Shown here: positions 26,773 through 40,823 of the stretch, piece after piece
Layout of the letters: every line of letters begins with the position of its first letter
How positions within the stretch are numbered: the first letter of the stretch is position 1
Assembly (NCBI GenBank): GCA_907165135.1
Contig: OU015568.1
Location: 2,046,001 to 2,110,000 of the forward strand
Origin: Oikopleura dioica
Lineage: Eukaryota > Animalia > Chordata
DNA length: 64,000 nucleotides
Direction of reading: 5' to 3'
Translations under genes and position numbers: made by a program
The notes under the pieces: model-generated
The model's database searches: none
What the model was told of the DNA's origin: nothing
What the model saw: only the letters and a program-made list of their open reading frames with translations

Positions 26773-27018
26773 CTCAATGAAGATATTTACCTTGTTTGAC
26801 ACAAAAGTCAAGCAAATTTCTTATCACTAAACTTATCCCTTTGATTCAAAGCCTTGCCTTGTGTTTTCAATAAATATAATGTTAAATAATTACTGCTCTG
26901 TTTCATCAATTGCCTACATAAAAATGATAAAAATGTTCTTAAAGAACTGCATTATCAGTAAAACTTAAATAGTTTTTATTTTGAGTGTTTTCTTTAATAA
27001 AAATAAGCTTATCTTTAT

Positions 27019-28591
<1,573 letters not shown>

Positions 28592-28732
28592 TTTGTTTTG
28601 CAATGAAAATCGCTTATTAGTACAGGAAATAATGAGCTTCGAAAGTTGTTTGCAAAGGGATGGGCATTATGAATCAGAATTCATCCGATCCTTTAGTTTA
28701 ATTTTAATCATGGGGTCAGTAAAAATTCAAAA

Positions 28733-30222
28733 TTATTTGAGGCAGTACATATCAGATGTAAAGAAGAGAACTGGCATGTAGTTATAATTTTCATGATCTC
28801 CGATGTGCTCCACATCTGATATTGTTTCTAGCGACTCGTCAATGAAATCAATTCGCTGGAGCGGGTACTGCTTTACATCGTCAACAACGGCTCCAGCTCC
28901 GGGGAAAACGAAAATAGAGGAGTCGATTATCATCGTTGACGGGTGAGAAACGGCCTAGATGTTGATGAAAATTTTCAAAAAACTTTTTACCATTTTCAAC
29001 TCTCCAAATGATTCCCATTTGTCAGCTCCATTCACTTTTTTCAAGATCCAAAGTCCAGGTTGAAATTCTTTGTTTGACTTTCCGCCGACAAGAAGCATCG
29101 AACCATTCGGCAAGCCGATCAAACTATGGCCTGCAATTTTCCTAAAAATAGAGAAGTAGTCAAATCTTGATGAATTCCTACTTTGGATGATCAACGATTT
29201 GTCTCCAGCCTTCGGGAGTGTAGGTTTCCGTCTTTCCTTTTCCTTCCTTGTGCCAGCCGCCCATTGTCGTTGGCTGACCGTAGTACATTCCCAAGGCACC
29301 ATGAAGATGAGGTAAATTGGTAGAATGGGTTTGGACTGCCTTCTTCCCATCGAAAAGCTCGCAACTGTCATAATTGGCATGTTCCTCAAAGCAAATTAGC
29401 GCTTGAAAAGATTTGTTACTGGTAGTGAGGAATTTTACTGTACCTTTTGTTCCATCATCAAGAGAAATAGCTGCTGCTCCGGATGAGTAATTTGAATTGA
29501 GTCGAGCTGAAACTTCGACGAAACTGCAGTCGGACAAGTAGGCAATCTTTGAAATTGAAATGAATTAGGGTATTTTGGATGAACCTTTCTATTGTCGAAT
29601 TCTCCGCCGAAGATGTAGACGACATTCTGGATCATTGCCGTAACTGATCGTCTAGTATACTTTTTGTGGTCGCCCTGAAAAGCGGCCTCGTAAAGAGCTG
29701 AAGTCGTATTTCCAGAGTACAAATAGCTCTCGGACATTTTCGGCATAATGACATAGAGGTAGGGCGGTGGAAGGGTTGGCGCAACCGTTGTTGTTATTTC
29801 AACCGTTGTTGTAGCAATCTGTTAATTTGTTTTATAAATCATCTAGTCGATCAAGAATAACCTCTTCCGTTGTGACGATTGGGCAGATCGGGTTGTCACA
29901 GCCAGCGCATCCGGCAGGACAGTCAGCACCACAGGGACACGCATCGTTGCACTCTTGAAAGAACAATTGACGATGAACTTTTTCATTTTCTTACCGTCAT
30001 ATTGTCGCTGACAAATTGACAGACAGTAGTCAGTTTCGCAAAGCAGTCGGCAATAATTGTACTCGACTCTACAGATGCCCATGCATTCCTGCATCAATTC
30101 TTGATCCCTAAATTTTCATCGCTCTCTTTGTTATCATCGAATACTCACGGGCATGCTCGCTCAGAGTGCTGGTGCAATCCAATGGCATTGGCGGCTGTTA
30201 GAAAAATAGCCGATAATAACAT
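28733..30222 (-). CDS. Secreted Cys-rich + kelch-like protein (paralogue 2)
   Basis: Signal MLLSAIFLTAANA..RACP|GTGAG, a Cys-rich module, then VYIFGGEFD, GALGMYYGQPTTMGG, GHSLIGLPNGSMLLVGG. Ends PVLFFTSDMYCLK-stop. Confidence 0.8.
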
Positions 30223-30279
30223 TGCTTGTCAAATTTGTCAGAAGTATGTCAGAAAGTGAACGTTTTTCAGCAGAATTTT

Positions 30280-31075
30280 GATGAGAAAATGACAGATGAA
30301 GAATAAGTTCAAATTCTTAGCATTGTCAGCCGGCTTTGGCGTGCATTTTCAATTGTATCTCGTCGAATACCGTTCTCAATGAGAACTTCTCATAATAAGT
30401 GGCTGCTGATAGGATATTCTGAACACGTGGCTATAGAAGGGTCGAGTAAATATTTAGATACAGTGATGTGGGTCATTTGGTTAGCTATAAAAGAAGGGGC
30501 TAACGAATAAGACTCAGTTCGAGTGAGAAGGATGTTCTTTTCAATGATTTTATTTGTCTTAAAAATGAATCAGGCAAATGCAAGATTATACGACTTTCAA
30601 AACGATGACATGGAAAAGTTCTTCGAAGGAATAGCCGATCACAAGAAAGGGTCAATTTTAAATTGACAATTTATCATTATAACTAATCAATGATCCGTAA
30701 TTGTTGATAAGTCTGATAGTTGTAAATACAATTGTATCAAAATCTATTTAGATTTTGACCTCGAGAAAAGGAAACGTACAAAAACCATCTTGGAAAACAT
30801 GAGGTTGGAGGAGAAAACGCATCTCTCTGGAATCATTCCCTTCGACGAACAGCTGCGATCTCCAAACTCCTATCCCTTCAGAAAGATCAGACCCTTCGCG
30901 ACTATATAAAGATGCGAAATGAAGAAAAAATCCGCCTAAGACTTGTTAAATGTTTGTCCGTAAAATCAAATCATTGTGGAGAAACTTTGGATGAGCACAT
31001 CAAACATTTGAAAAATGGTCGATAAGAGTACGACGAAAAATCTTGCATGGAAAGACGACTGCAGAATTTCTGAAT
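30280..31075 (+). pseudogene. Possible decayed coding region
   Basis: Long protein-like frames (VQILSIVSRLWRAFSIV...WLLIGYSEHVAIEG..., MRLEEKTHLSGIIPF...) are interrupted by TAA stops and an apparent frameshift. No family recognised. Confidence 0.25.
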
Positions 31076-33231
31076 ATTACTTTTTTACAAAAAAATAAAT
31101 GAAACAAGCAGCTTGACTCAAACTACCTATACTTGATAAATTATTGACGCCAATTGGATCTCCGAATTACATTTCGTGTCCTCTTTCTTTCCAGAAACTA
31201 AATAAATAATTTGGCCGCGCTGTTCTCCAGATGATCAAGTCAACCTGGCGGGTCATAAATTCGAAGTGGCATTGCCCGCAGGTGGCGCCTAATGGACCAC
31301 CTACGATGCATTATCCAATTAAAATGACGCATCGACTTTCAGTCGGAGGCCAGCGCGATGACGTCATTTTACAGGGCGGGCCACTGTCACTTTTATCCGC
31401 TAAATTGAAAAATGCACTTTTTTGCCAATACTTGTTCAATAAAAAACGAGAAAAAGAGAGACTAAGAAGGGAGATAAAACGAAAGAAGAAAAGAAGAGAA
31501 AAAAAAAAGAAATATCAGAACAGAAATGATCGTTTCTAAGAAAAATAACCGCCGCCTCTATCTACTAAGTTTAAAATTAAATTGTTAGATAAGAAACCCT
31601 TTCTCCTGGATCAATCAAAATAGGAATAAGAAGGAGCGACCAGGAGCGTAAAAATTTGTCGCAAACATAATAATTTCAAATATTTGCCCAGGGACAAGAA
31701 GAATCTTTCAACTTTTCACCAATCGCTGCAAATTCCTTTTCTTCAAGAGAAAATATCGAAGCTTGTGACTTGGCGTAAATCGGGCTTAGCAGGAGGGGAT
31801 CATAAACTTTCATAATCCGAAAATTCAAAATTGTCAATTTCCAATTCGTTGGTTCAAAAGCGATGATTCACGAGATATTTGCTTATCTGTGCTTTTGAAA
31901 GGAGCCCTCTTGAGTCTTGACCAGGGCTTATTCACGAATTTAAAAACGGTGATTGAAAAACGCTAGTCAGAGAAAATTGACGATTTCAGATTTGACCCTA
32001 AAGATAGATACTCTTCCTTGTTTTTTTTTCTAAGAGAAATAATAGAAGACGGAGTCCTGTATTGAATTTTAAATGCAATGAAAATCCAAGACCCCTAAAT
32101 CATGTGATTATGACTATTGAATAAATGAGCCGAGATTGGATTAAAAATTCAAGCGCCGAGCCTGTCCTTTTGTCAAAACTTCCGTCTTTTCAGCGACATG
32201 TCTCAATTGTCAGCAATTATTGCTTCAGACAATGAGGGATATTAGCTTTCTAGTGCTCGAAATATCATGAATAGAATTTCAACGGCTAATTTAGAGACGA
32301 AAATATCTTTCTGAAGATTTGAATTGTCAGAATTTTGCCTGAAACTGGCCATTGATTGTCCCTTATAAGACAAGAAAAAAAATCTAAGACGCGGCTTTTC
32401 GCCCTTTTGCCAAGCCACAGGATATCTATCCTAATGCCACAGTATTTACCAAACAGTGCGTGTCAGAACTTTTATCAAGGAAGGCGGTAGCGCTCAGGTA
32501 GTTTTACCCGGGGCCGAATTTACGGCCGATTCTGATGAAGGGGCCTTCCATCAAATTGTGCCTCGGGGCCACTGCGTCCCGCTAAAAGTGCATCTGCCGC
32601 GGCGATGCGATTTTACACCGCCGCCTCGTAGTAGAGCGTCAATATAAAACTAGTATCCTGTTTTGGGGATTATTTTCTTGTTTCAAGAGAAATGAAATTT
32701 TACAACGAAAACTTCTGTTTCCTCGCCATCTCTCTTTCCATTTTTTGAAATAAGGAGCACTTTGATATCAATATTATAAATTAATCAATTAATTAATAAT
32801 TTTATAAATCTTGGATCATCTTTTATCGCAATTTACTTTACGGTCAGAATAAACAAAAATTTGCTGGTTTGTTAAGGGGTTATTTCAGGTGAAAAGTGGT
32901 TCAAACCGGTTCATTATTATTTATTCAAAAAAAGAATTATTTTTTGTATTTACAATATTTACAATACCATACTGTCAATATGAGTATTTTCTCTTCAATC
33001 GACATTCTCTCGTATATTTTCAAAATTGTATTGTCGAACAAAAAGCCGCACGCGGCTTCTTTTACCTGGTTCTACCTTTACATTCTTTCGTTTATCTTCA
33101 TTTCTGACAGCTTGTTTTATCTTCATGTAATCTTCTTGTAGCATGGAATACTAAAAACATGTTCCAGTTCAGAGATTTGACGAAAAACAAAGACTCGAGA
33201 TCGGCGCATTTCAACAGAAAAAAACTACAAA

Positions 33232-35075
33232 ATGTTTCTTTTCGGTCTAGCCGCAGTTTTGACTTCCGTAGCCGCTGGTGGTAAAGCCGAACTTTCCTTC
33301 CCGAACAAAGTCGACCAGGGCGACCAAATAACGATCAAATGCGACTGGAGCGGCTTTGGACCTGAAGCAAAAGGTTTGTTCTTTGAAAATTTTCTTTCCC
33401 GTTGTAACCAGGCTTTATGCATGGCTTGCGGCTTCTTTTTATCGGTTTATAAAGATAGATTTGATAAACCTGAAACTTTTTGTAGAATCTTCCGACAGTT
33501 GTGACCTCAACTGCCAGCGCGTTAATTTGATACAGGGTAAAACACACCAAAAACTCGTCACCGAAAAATTCACACAAATTTTCTCCCTATCTGTGAGTAG
33601 GGCTCGGCAACTTGTATACATGGCTTTCAAACTGTATATTTTAATTTTCAAAAGCCGCGCAGCGGCTCAAATAGAAACGAAGCGGCTTCGCCAGAGTTAA
33701 ATCATTTGTCTTTAGACAAGTTTATTAGGCTAAAACGGGTCAGGTTTTCTTCAAAGGTTGTCGAGTTCAGACTCCTGGGCATCGAAAATGCTCTGATTAA
33801 TTGATTCTTTCATTTCATCCTTTTTTGTTTACATCAATTCATTGATTCATCTTGCTTTCGTTAGTGATTCCGTAATTCGTGAAATTTACCTTCGTCTGTT
33901 GTTGGTATGTCCCTTTATTAACCCTTTTCTTCTCAGTGAAAATCACGAAGAAAACCGACATGATCTACAGATCGAGTGTCAACGGCGCCGAAGCGGTAAT
34001 TTGAAAGCAGAAAATGCTGATTTGAAAACGAGTGACACGAAATTTAGATGAATGGCTGGGAGATTCAGAATAACGCCGGCTCCGATGCGGCGATTACAAA
34101 AGTGGCGCAGTTGGAGGACTCACACGAATACAATTGCATCGTTGATGATGATAAAGGAAAGGGGTTGAAAGATTTTCGGACTCTCTTTTAGATATTTTTG
34201 GCAAGAAGGCGCAAAAGCTCTATTGAAATTTCGTTTTTCGACCTCTCAAAAGATAATTTCGCCATGGCCACAAAAGCCCTTCTCGTCCGAGTGATCCCCT
34301 CAGCCCCTGTTATCATCGCTCCCAGCGGTAAGAAACAATCTTTTTTCTTCAAAATTTCCTCATGACGATCGAAAGAAGCTCAAATTTTTCTTCAGACAAG
34401 AAGTTGATCATCGAAGAAGCTGGAGAAATCACCTGTATGTCGGCCATTGCCAGTCCTGAGCCAGTTTACACTTGGTACAAGAATGACCCAGCTACTGGAC
34501 AGGTAAATATGTGGTCACTTGGGCGCCTGTGTTGATAATAGAATCAGATAAAGACGGGTCTCTAAAACAATAATTCAGTCGATACAATTGCCTGTCGACG
34601 CCAGAACTTCCGAGCAATTCGCCCAATCTTCCTTCACTGTTGACGAAAATAAGGTCAAATTCCTGACAGTCACCGAAGCGGACGAAGGTGAATACTTTTG
34701 CGTTGCGAAAAATGAAGTCGGAGAAACTCGAGGAGCGCCAGAATACATCTCAGTCGGTATGTTCTTCCCCCTTTCTCGTTTTCTTCACTACATGCTGTTT
34801 TTGTAGGATCGGTGAGCGTGGCAAGCGTTGTAGGAATCGTCTTCGCAGTGATCTTTGGCGTCGCCTGTCTTGGAGTCATTGCTTTTATCGTTTATAAGAA
34901 GATGTCAGGTAATAGACTTTTTCTATTAAAAAAAATGATCACGATTCCAATAGACGATGAATACGACGAAGAGCACGACGCATTCGACGACGACGCAAAC
35001 GACGTCCAAATCGGCGAGGCCTACGCTCCATACGATCACAAATCGAGCCGGCAAGACTTCTCCCACGTCGTATAG
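33232..35075 (+). CDS. Ig-superfamily type I membrane protein, JAM/CTX-like (2 Ig domains, TM, short tail)
   Basis: Signal MFLFGLAAVLTSVAAG; ITIKCDW; ITCMSAIASPEPVYTWYKN; DEGEYFCVAKNEVG; TM VASVVGIVFAVIFGVACLGVIAFIVY. The C-terminus FSHVV resembles a PDZ-binding motif. Confidence 0.8.
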
Positions 35076-35668
35076 ACAGTTATGAAAACACAAGCCTGCC
35101 TGTTCCAGCGAAAACACACACAAAACTGCCTCTACCTCAAACAAACTAAATCAACCAAAAAAAGAACGTACTAACTCTGAAAAATCTAGACTCGCAATCA
35201 AATTTTCAAATTTCAAAAATGCAATTTTTATTCAAATTCAATTTCAATCTCAATCAGCCTTTTTTTTGGATCACCATGGACTAACTTTCAAAACAAAAGA
35301 CAATTATGTTAAAATATCTTTCTGTAAAACACTCTTCTCTGATATCATAATTTATGATCTTATCTATTATTCTCTGACTGTATATAGACGCGACTTCTAC
35401 TTGAATAAAGCTTTTCGAAAGAAAAAAAGTCTTCAAATTTCAAAGTGGCTTGGAAATTTCTCAATATGGCATTCCAGCTGTCTTTCATAGAGTTTTTCGC
35501 AGTGACACCCTTAGTTACTCAGCAAGTGAATGAATGATTAAAGATAATGTATTGATGTCCTCTTCGAATTCTCTCTGAAACTTAGTCCTTTTCTGAAGAA
35601 TCTTTGAGGACGCCCTTACGCTCAAACAGCGCTAGAATCACTAGAACAGACTCGAGGTCGCTCGTCAG

Positions 35669-35750
35669 GACTGGATGGCCGAGCGGTCTAAGGCGTTGGA
35701 TTAAGGCTCCAATCTCTTCGGGGGCGTGGGTTCGAATCCCACTTCAGTCA
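35669..35750 (+). tRNA. tRNA-Leu (anticodon AAG)
   Basis: GACTGGATGGCCGAGCGGTCTAAGGCGTTGGATTAAGGCTCCAATCTCTTCGGGGGCGTGGGTTCGAATCCCACTTCAGTCA (82 nt). It has a long variable arm, the stem TTGGA/TCCAA, and a TTTT terminator downstream. Confidence 0.97.
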
Positions 35751-35926
35751 AACTTTTGATTTTTTCAATATCGAACATGCTTGTTTTCTTCAAATCTAGA
35801 TGATGAACTTTGACTTTCACATTCAATTATACTTGAGCATAAATGGAGCATGAATAATTTCGATACATTTGTTCGGAGAGAGGTTTATTCTATCTTGCTA
35901 ACATCAAAGCCCATTTCAAGGAGAAA

Positions 35927-36182
35927 ATGAAGTTCTTCAGTACACTCATTATTCTTTTTGCTGTCTTCAACGCGCTAAGAGCTAGAGAGATGCTGGACGA
36001 CTATCTAAGGAACTGCTCTTGAGGAAAAATCGCCTCTTAGGCTTCGAAAGTGAGCATTGTTGAGTGATAAAATGGCCCGACGGGAGAACTACCAGATTTA
36101 TTGGTTGAATTCGTTGAGAAATGGTCCGATGGTTGAGTACGTCAAGACTTACTACGGACACAAGCTCCCTTCGACTATTTGA
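35927..36182 (+). pseudogene. Small secreted peptide family copy 1 (frame-disrupted)
   Basis: MKFFSTLIILFAVFNALRAREMLDDYLRN is followed by TGA at 36020. The family motif NYQIYWLNSLRNGPMVEYVKTYY lies downstream in another frame. Confidence 0.6.
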
Positions 36183-36337
36183 TAATTTGAATAAATTTGC
36201 GTTTGCAAAAGTTGACTTGTCGGTAAAAATTGATTGAGCAGTTTTATGAATCCGATTTGAATCCGATTCGAGCCCCATTTGAATATTAAAATGGCGGTAA
36301 AAGTGATTGACTCTTTCTCCTTTCGGTTTAATCGAAA

Positions 36338-36622
36338 ATGATCATATTTTCCTTCCTGACGCTTCTTTTCTTACCCGTCAACGCTGGAGAAAGTGCTAAA
36401 GAGATGCTTCAAGACTACCTCAGGAATTTTGCCTTGCAAAAGAGCTTCTATTCTAGTATTTTAAGAGCTCCATGTTTAGCGAAAAAAAGTTATAGAGAAG
36501 ATATTCTTAACAACTACCAAGATCATTTTTTGTCATCTCTCCAGCATGGTCCGATGGTTGACTATGTCAAAACCTATTACAGTCATCGACTTCCTTGGGG
36601 AATGAAAAATCCACTTCAATAA
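36338..36622 (+). CDS. Small secreted peptide family copy 2
   Basis: Signal + AKEMLQDYLR ... NYQDHFLSSLQHGPMVDYVKTYY; open 94-aa ORF. Confidence 0.75.
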   Translation: MIIFSFLTLLFLPVNAGESAKEMLQDYLRNFALQKSFYSSILRAPCLAKKSYREDILNNYQDHFLSSLQHGPMVDYVKTYYSHRLPWGMKNPLQ

Positions 36623-36767
36623 GTTTACGTCATTCAGTCAGCTCTCCAAATAAATAATTATGAAAAAATATGGCTTGTCTGCAACGAAAATTAATGCCAA
36701 GTTTTCCGAAGGCAAAAACGCAAAATCTGCTTAAGAAAAGCGGACTTAAAAAGTGAACTCACAAACC

Positions 36768-37180
36768 ATGCAGATGAGGATTCTGATCATTTTTATTGTT
36801 GCATTACATGGGCATCCTCCTGGATTTCATCCAGAGGGAGACCATGCTAAGGAATCCTTGCGTGAATTTTTCAGGTATTTTCTTATGACAATAATGAGGT
36901 CTTTTTGAACATTTTCTTTATAGAAAACCCGAAATATATGAAGCAAAGGAGTCACTAGAAGATCTTATCAGGTAATGAAATAATCTCGTTATAAGTTTCA
37001 ATCTTTTATAGGCGTCGAAAAGAAGAGGATAATAATGGTCTTAGACGAACTATGAAAATTATTATGAGGGAAAAAATCCGACGAAAACTTATAGGGAAAT
37101 TGGTTTTACTAAGCCAAATGCATATCAAAAATAATCCCTACATGGCTGAGTACGTTAAACTTCATGAATTTCACCATTGA
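36768..37180 (+). CDS. Small secreted peptide family copy 3 (3 exons)
   Basis: MQMRILIIFIVALHG..AKESLREFFR|KPEIYEAKESLEDLIR|RRK...NNPYMAEYVKLHEFHH-stop, with two in-frame GT-AG introns. Confidence 0.7.
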
Positions 37181-37393
37181 TCAAATAAAAAAGAAAACAG
37201 AGGGAGATGAAAATCATTTTTAATTAAATATTCAACATGTGACAGAGCCGATATAGAATCTTCTCTACGGTTTGATCATCAAACTTCGATGATATACCGG
37301 GTGGCATGAACTTGATTGAATTAAAATCTTGCTCAATATTTAAATCGACAGTATAACTCGACAATCTCGCTTGAAAATCTACCGTATTCGAAA

Positions 37394-37678
37394 ATGATCA
37401 TTCTTAAACTTAATATCCTGGCATTCTTTTTCTTTGCCGTTCATACTGACTCTGAACCCCTAATCGATGAGTACAAAGCTAAAGAAATCTTGATGAGTAT
37501 CTCAGGAAGTGCTTCAGAGCTATAATTTAGTTTCGAAAAAACTCAAAATTCAGCAAGTTCAAGATACAAAAAGGAGTCCAAAAAATATTTTCTATTCTTT
37601 TTGGCATCAATGAACAATGGTCCGATGGTAGAATATGTCAAAACATACTACGATTTCAATCCAAAATTGGACACTTAA
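37394..37678 (+). CDS. Small secreted peptide family copy 4
   Basis: MIILKLNILAFFFFAVHT..PLIDEYKAKEILMSI... VQKYFLFFLASMNNGPMVEYVKTYYDFNPKLDT-stop. It needs a ~35-nt intron (GC-AG 37519-37553 restores the frame). Confidence 0.7.
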
Positions 37679-38242
37679 AATTTGATGCTTCGAAATAAAT
37701 AACTGAACTAAAATTATTCAATTTGCAGAAACTGGTCAGACAGGAGGTCATAAATACTCAAAAGTTGCTGTCATAAAGGAAGCCTCTCGAGCAGATGCTC
37801 AGAGGGTTCAAGGTCCAGACATCCCCTCGAGCTCGGCCTCGACAATCTCCTTCAAAATTGCTCAATTAATTTCCTTCCGAAAGAAACAGACAAAGAGAAA
37901 CAAGCAAAGGAGAGCAAGATTTGATTTCAAAAAAACAAATTTATTTAAAAAATAAACACCCGTGTCAAAATCGTTAAATGAAAGGGTTTAAAAGATTACA
38001 GCGAGCTTTGTCTGACCTTGTTCGTATCTGGGTAAAATGCCAAATCATACGAGGTGATAAGGCAGGGGAGATGATCCCACGCTGCGCTGAGTCAAGGGAA
38101 GCAGAATTTTTAACAGTGGAAGTCCTTTTTTTGAGAGATTCGAGTGAATAAAGGAAGGAATGTATGTTCTAGTCATAAGTAAAATCATCCAAAAGAAGTA
38201 ACCTAAAATCTTGAAATCAATAAGAGTCAAAAGAAACCAAAA

Positions 38243-39154
38243 ATGGTGAAATATTCAGAAGTTCCGATGGGCGACAAATCCGACCTTGATCGTCTGACAG
38301 ACGGCCAGGAAGGCAGAGAAATCATCATCGTCGCAACTTGGCTCCGGCCGACGAAGCTTATCGGACTTATCGACCTCTTTCTAGCCCTTATTTGCTACTT
38401 GGTCGCAGAAATTTTACGGTATCGCTTCCTTCTCAAAACTTGACGATCACTTATTCTACAAGATCCTGGGTACACCCTATCTCCGACGATCAAAGAGACT
38501 TCTACTACCAAGGCCTTTGGCAAATTTGCTCTGTTCCAGACCAGCTCTTAAATCAATGCACCGTTGACCCAGAATCTTGTGAAGAAATCGAAGCTGAATG
38601 CGCAACATACAACTCTGGTAGAAATTGAAATCCCTAAATCATCCTCAATCTGTTCTCAGCATACGGACTTTGGACAAGAATAATCTTCACGCTTTGTTTC
38701 TTGGTTTCATTCGTCTCTTTCATCGCTGGAATCATTGCGTACTCGAATAGAGAGCGAAGAGATTGGTACAAATACCTCGGGTTCGAACAATTCTAGAGGC
38801 AACTTTCAATGTTTACTTTTTCAGGTGGATTTTGGTCGTGACATCTTTGTTTGTGCTCATTTCCCTGACGATTTTCCCGTCCGGTTTTATCCGAAATTTC
38901 CCATTTTACACAAAATGGTTCTTTGGCCTTGGCTACGGATTTGGCTGGGCAGCTCTTTGCCTCACGGTTCTCAATTCTTTTGTTTTTCTTTCGTTATACT
39001 TTTGCTTTCTAGCTTCTTGCTGGCGTTCTTTTCATCCTTGGCCACGGTCAAAACAAGAAGAAACGATTCGTCGCAGAGAAACGCATTCGAATTTGAAAAG
39101 AATCAAGAAGAAAAAACTCGACTCGTTTTCTGCGAAAATATATATTTGCGATAA
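38243..39154 (+). CDS. PMP22/claudin-superfamily tetraspan, PERP/TMEM47-like
   Basis: SW...YYQGLWQIC claudin-type first loop, several TM segments, and GYGFGWAA in TM4. The 3' end is approximate. Confidence 0.75.
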
Positions 39155-39193
39155 TTCCATATGTACACCGTACAAGGCATGTCTTTTTCTTCA

Positions 39194-40548
39194 TTATTTC
39201 TTTGAAGGGTCGAATTCTTCTTTTTGCGGAATCTTTGGCTTTATCGCATTTGCTTTTTCCGTCGTTTCGCTAAAATGGTTCTGATAAAAAAAGTCGAGAA
39301 AGGGCGTTTTTACTTGATTTCTTTGTTGATATCAGCATTGACAATCATCAAATTGATTGTATCGTACGCTTCTTTCAAAGAATCAGCATCGCTTTGCGAG
39401 AACTCGACCGATTTTATGTATTCGTTCCAGATTGTCTAGAGGAGTCAAAAAAATTATCAGCGTTTAAATGTTACCTTGACGAATTCAAGACGTTTTTCCT
39501 CAAGAGCTCTGAGTTTTTCAACCGCTTCTTTGACTTTCTGGCAGACTTCTGGGTGCTGAGCTGGAAGTGCTGCTAGAGCGGCTTCGTATTCTTCCAGTTT
39601 CGCATCTCGAGCAGCCTCTTTAGTGGCTTGTTCTTGGACAAGTTGTTGCATTTTTGCGAGTCAGGTGCATATTTTGCCTTTCCAGCGACGACTTCTGATT
39701 CTGCAAGAATGGCGCTTTTGCAGAGGCTAAAAATTTTAAGCTAGGGAAAGGATTTCACAAATAAGAGTACCTATGATATTCATTCTTCAAAGTTGTGACC
39801 TTGTGAATGCTTTCGTTCCAGGGACCAGTCGCGTCTTGAAGCATCTTTTCGAGCTCTTCTCCTTCCTAAAGAATTGTTTTACTTTTTCACCCCCTTGAAT
39901 ATTTCAGATTGAACCTTTGTTCCAGAAGATAGAAGACCCTTCGAATGATAATTAAGCGCTTTCCATTCTGTGACTTTTGCAGCATTAGTCTGCAGATTCG
40001 CCTGTCGTCGTTTATGGATAGTCGCTTGTGCATCGGCTTCCGTCGTCAAAGCTCTTAAATCAACTCTAGGATGTCTAGGACTCGCCCTGACTACCTGAAA
40101 ACTTTCGCGAGCTCCTCATTCGTCCCTGGGTGTTTGGCCATATTTGAGTTCCACTGATTTTCCCATGATTTCAATCTCTTTGCATAATCAGCTTCGATTT
40201 CTGCTCTTGTGTTCAAGAATTTAATGAGTCCGTCGACGAATTTCTCCGCATTGTCAACTCGTTGGGCGATTTGCTTTGATGCGTTGGGGTGATATGGGTT
40301 AAGTTCTTTAGGTTTTTCGGGTTCAGGTGCTTTTTTGGTTGATTTTGCTTTTGGATCTTCCACATTCTGAAATAAATTTCAAAATTTTTTCGAAAGAGGA
40401 GGTGGCTCGAATCGACAAAAATTGCCATAATTTTTTCGAAAATCTTGGTCGAATTCCAGACCAATCAGATTTCGGCATTCGGTCGGCAGGCCAATCAGAT
40501 TTCAGGAAAAATCTTACAGACCTCTACTTTCGAATTATTGCATCCCAT
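39194..40548 (-). CDS. F-BAR (FCH) protein, PACSIN-like, no SH3 seen
   Basis: RVDNAEKFVDGLIKFLNTRAEIEADYAKRLKSW and ..EKLRALEEKRLEFVK match PACSIN F-BAR helices. The first exon MGCNNSKVE (40548-40522) splices in phase 0 to the exon at 40366. Confidence 0.75.
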
Positions 40549-40823
40549 TGTACCGCGCTTTCTCTATCAATTCCTGCTCTTCAAGTATATCTGGTCTTTT
40601 TGTCAGAATAATCTGCCTGTATAAACGCCTGCGTTTCCATGGTGTCTCCTTCTGCAAATAGAATAAATATCAGCATCAAGCATTTCGAATTCATTATTTG
40701 ATAAAGTCCTTATCAAAACAGTCTCCTTGTTTAGACTCTGTTAATAACTGATGCTTGATTGAGCTACTGTAACCTTAAAAAGTCATGATTATTTATTGAG
40801 ATCATCGATCAAAGAGGTTTCTT

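Noticed and set aside
32400-32650. GC-rich island that might be a snRNA/ncRNA
   Set aside because: I saw no match to U1-U6, 5S, SRP or tRNA hallmark sequences.
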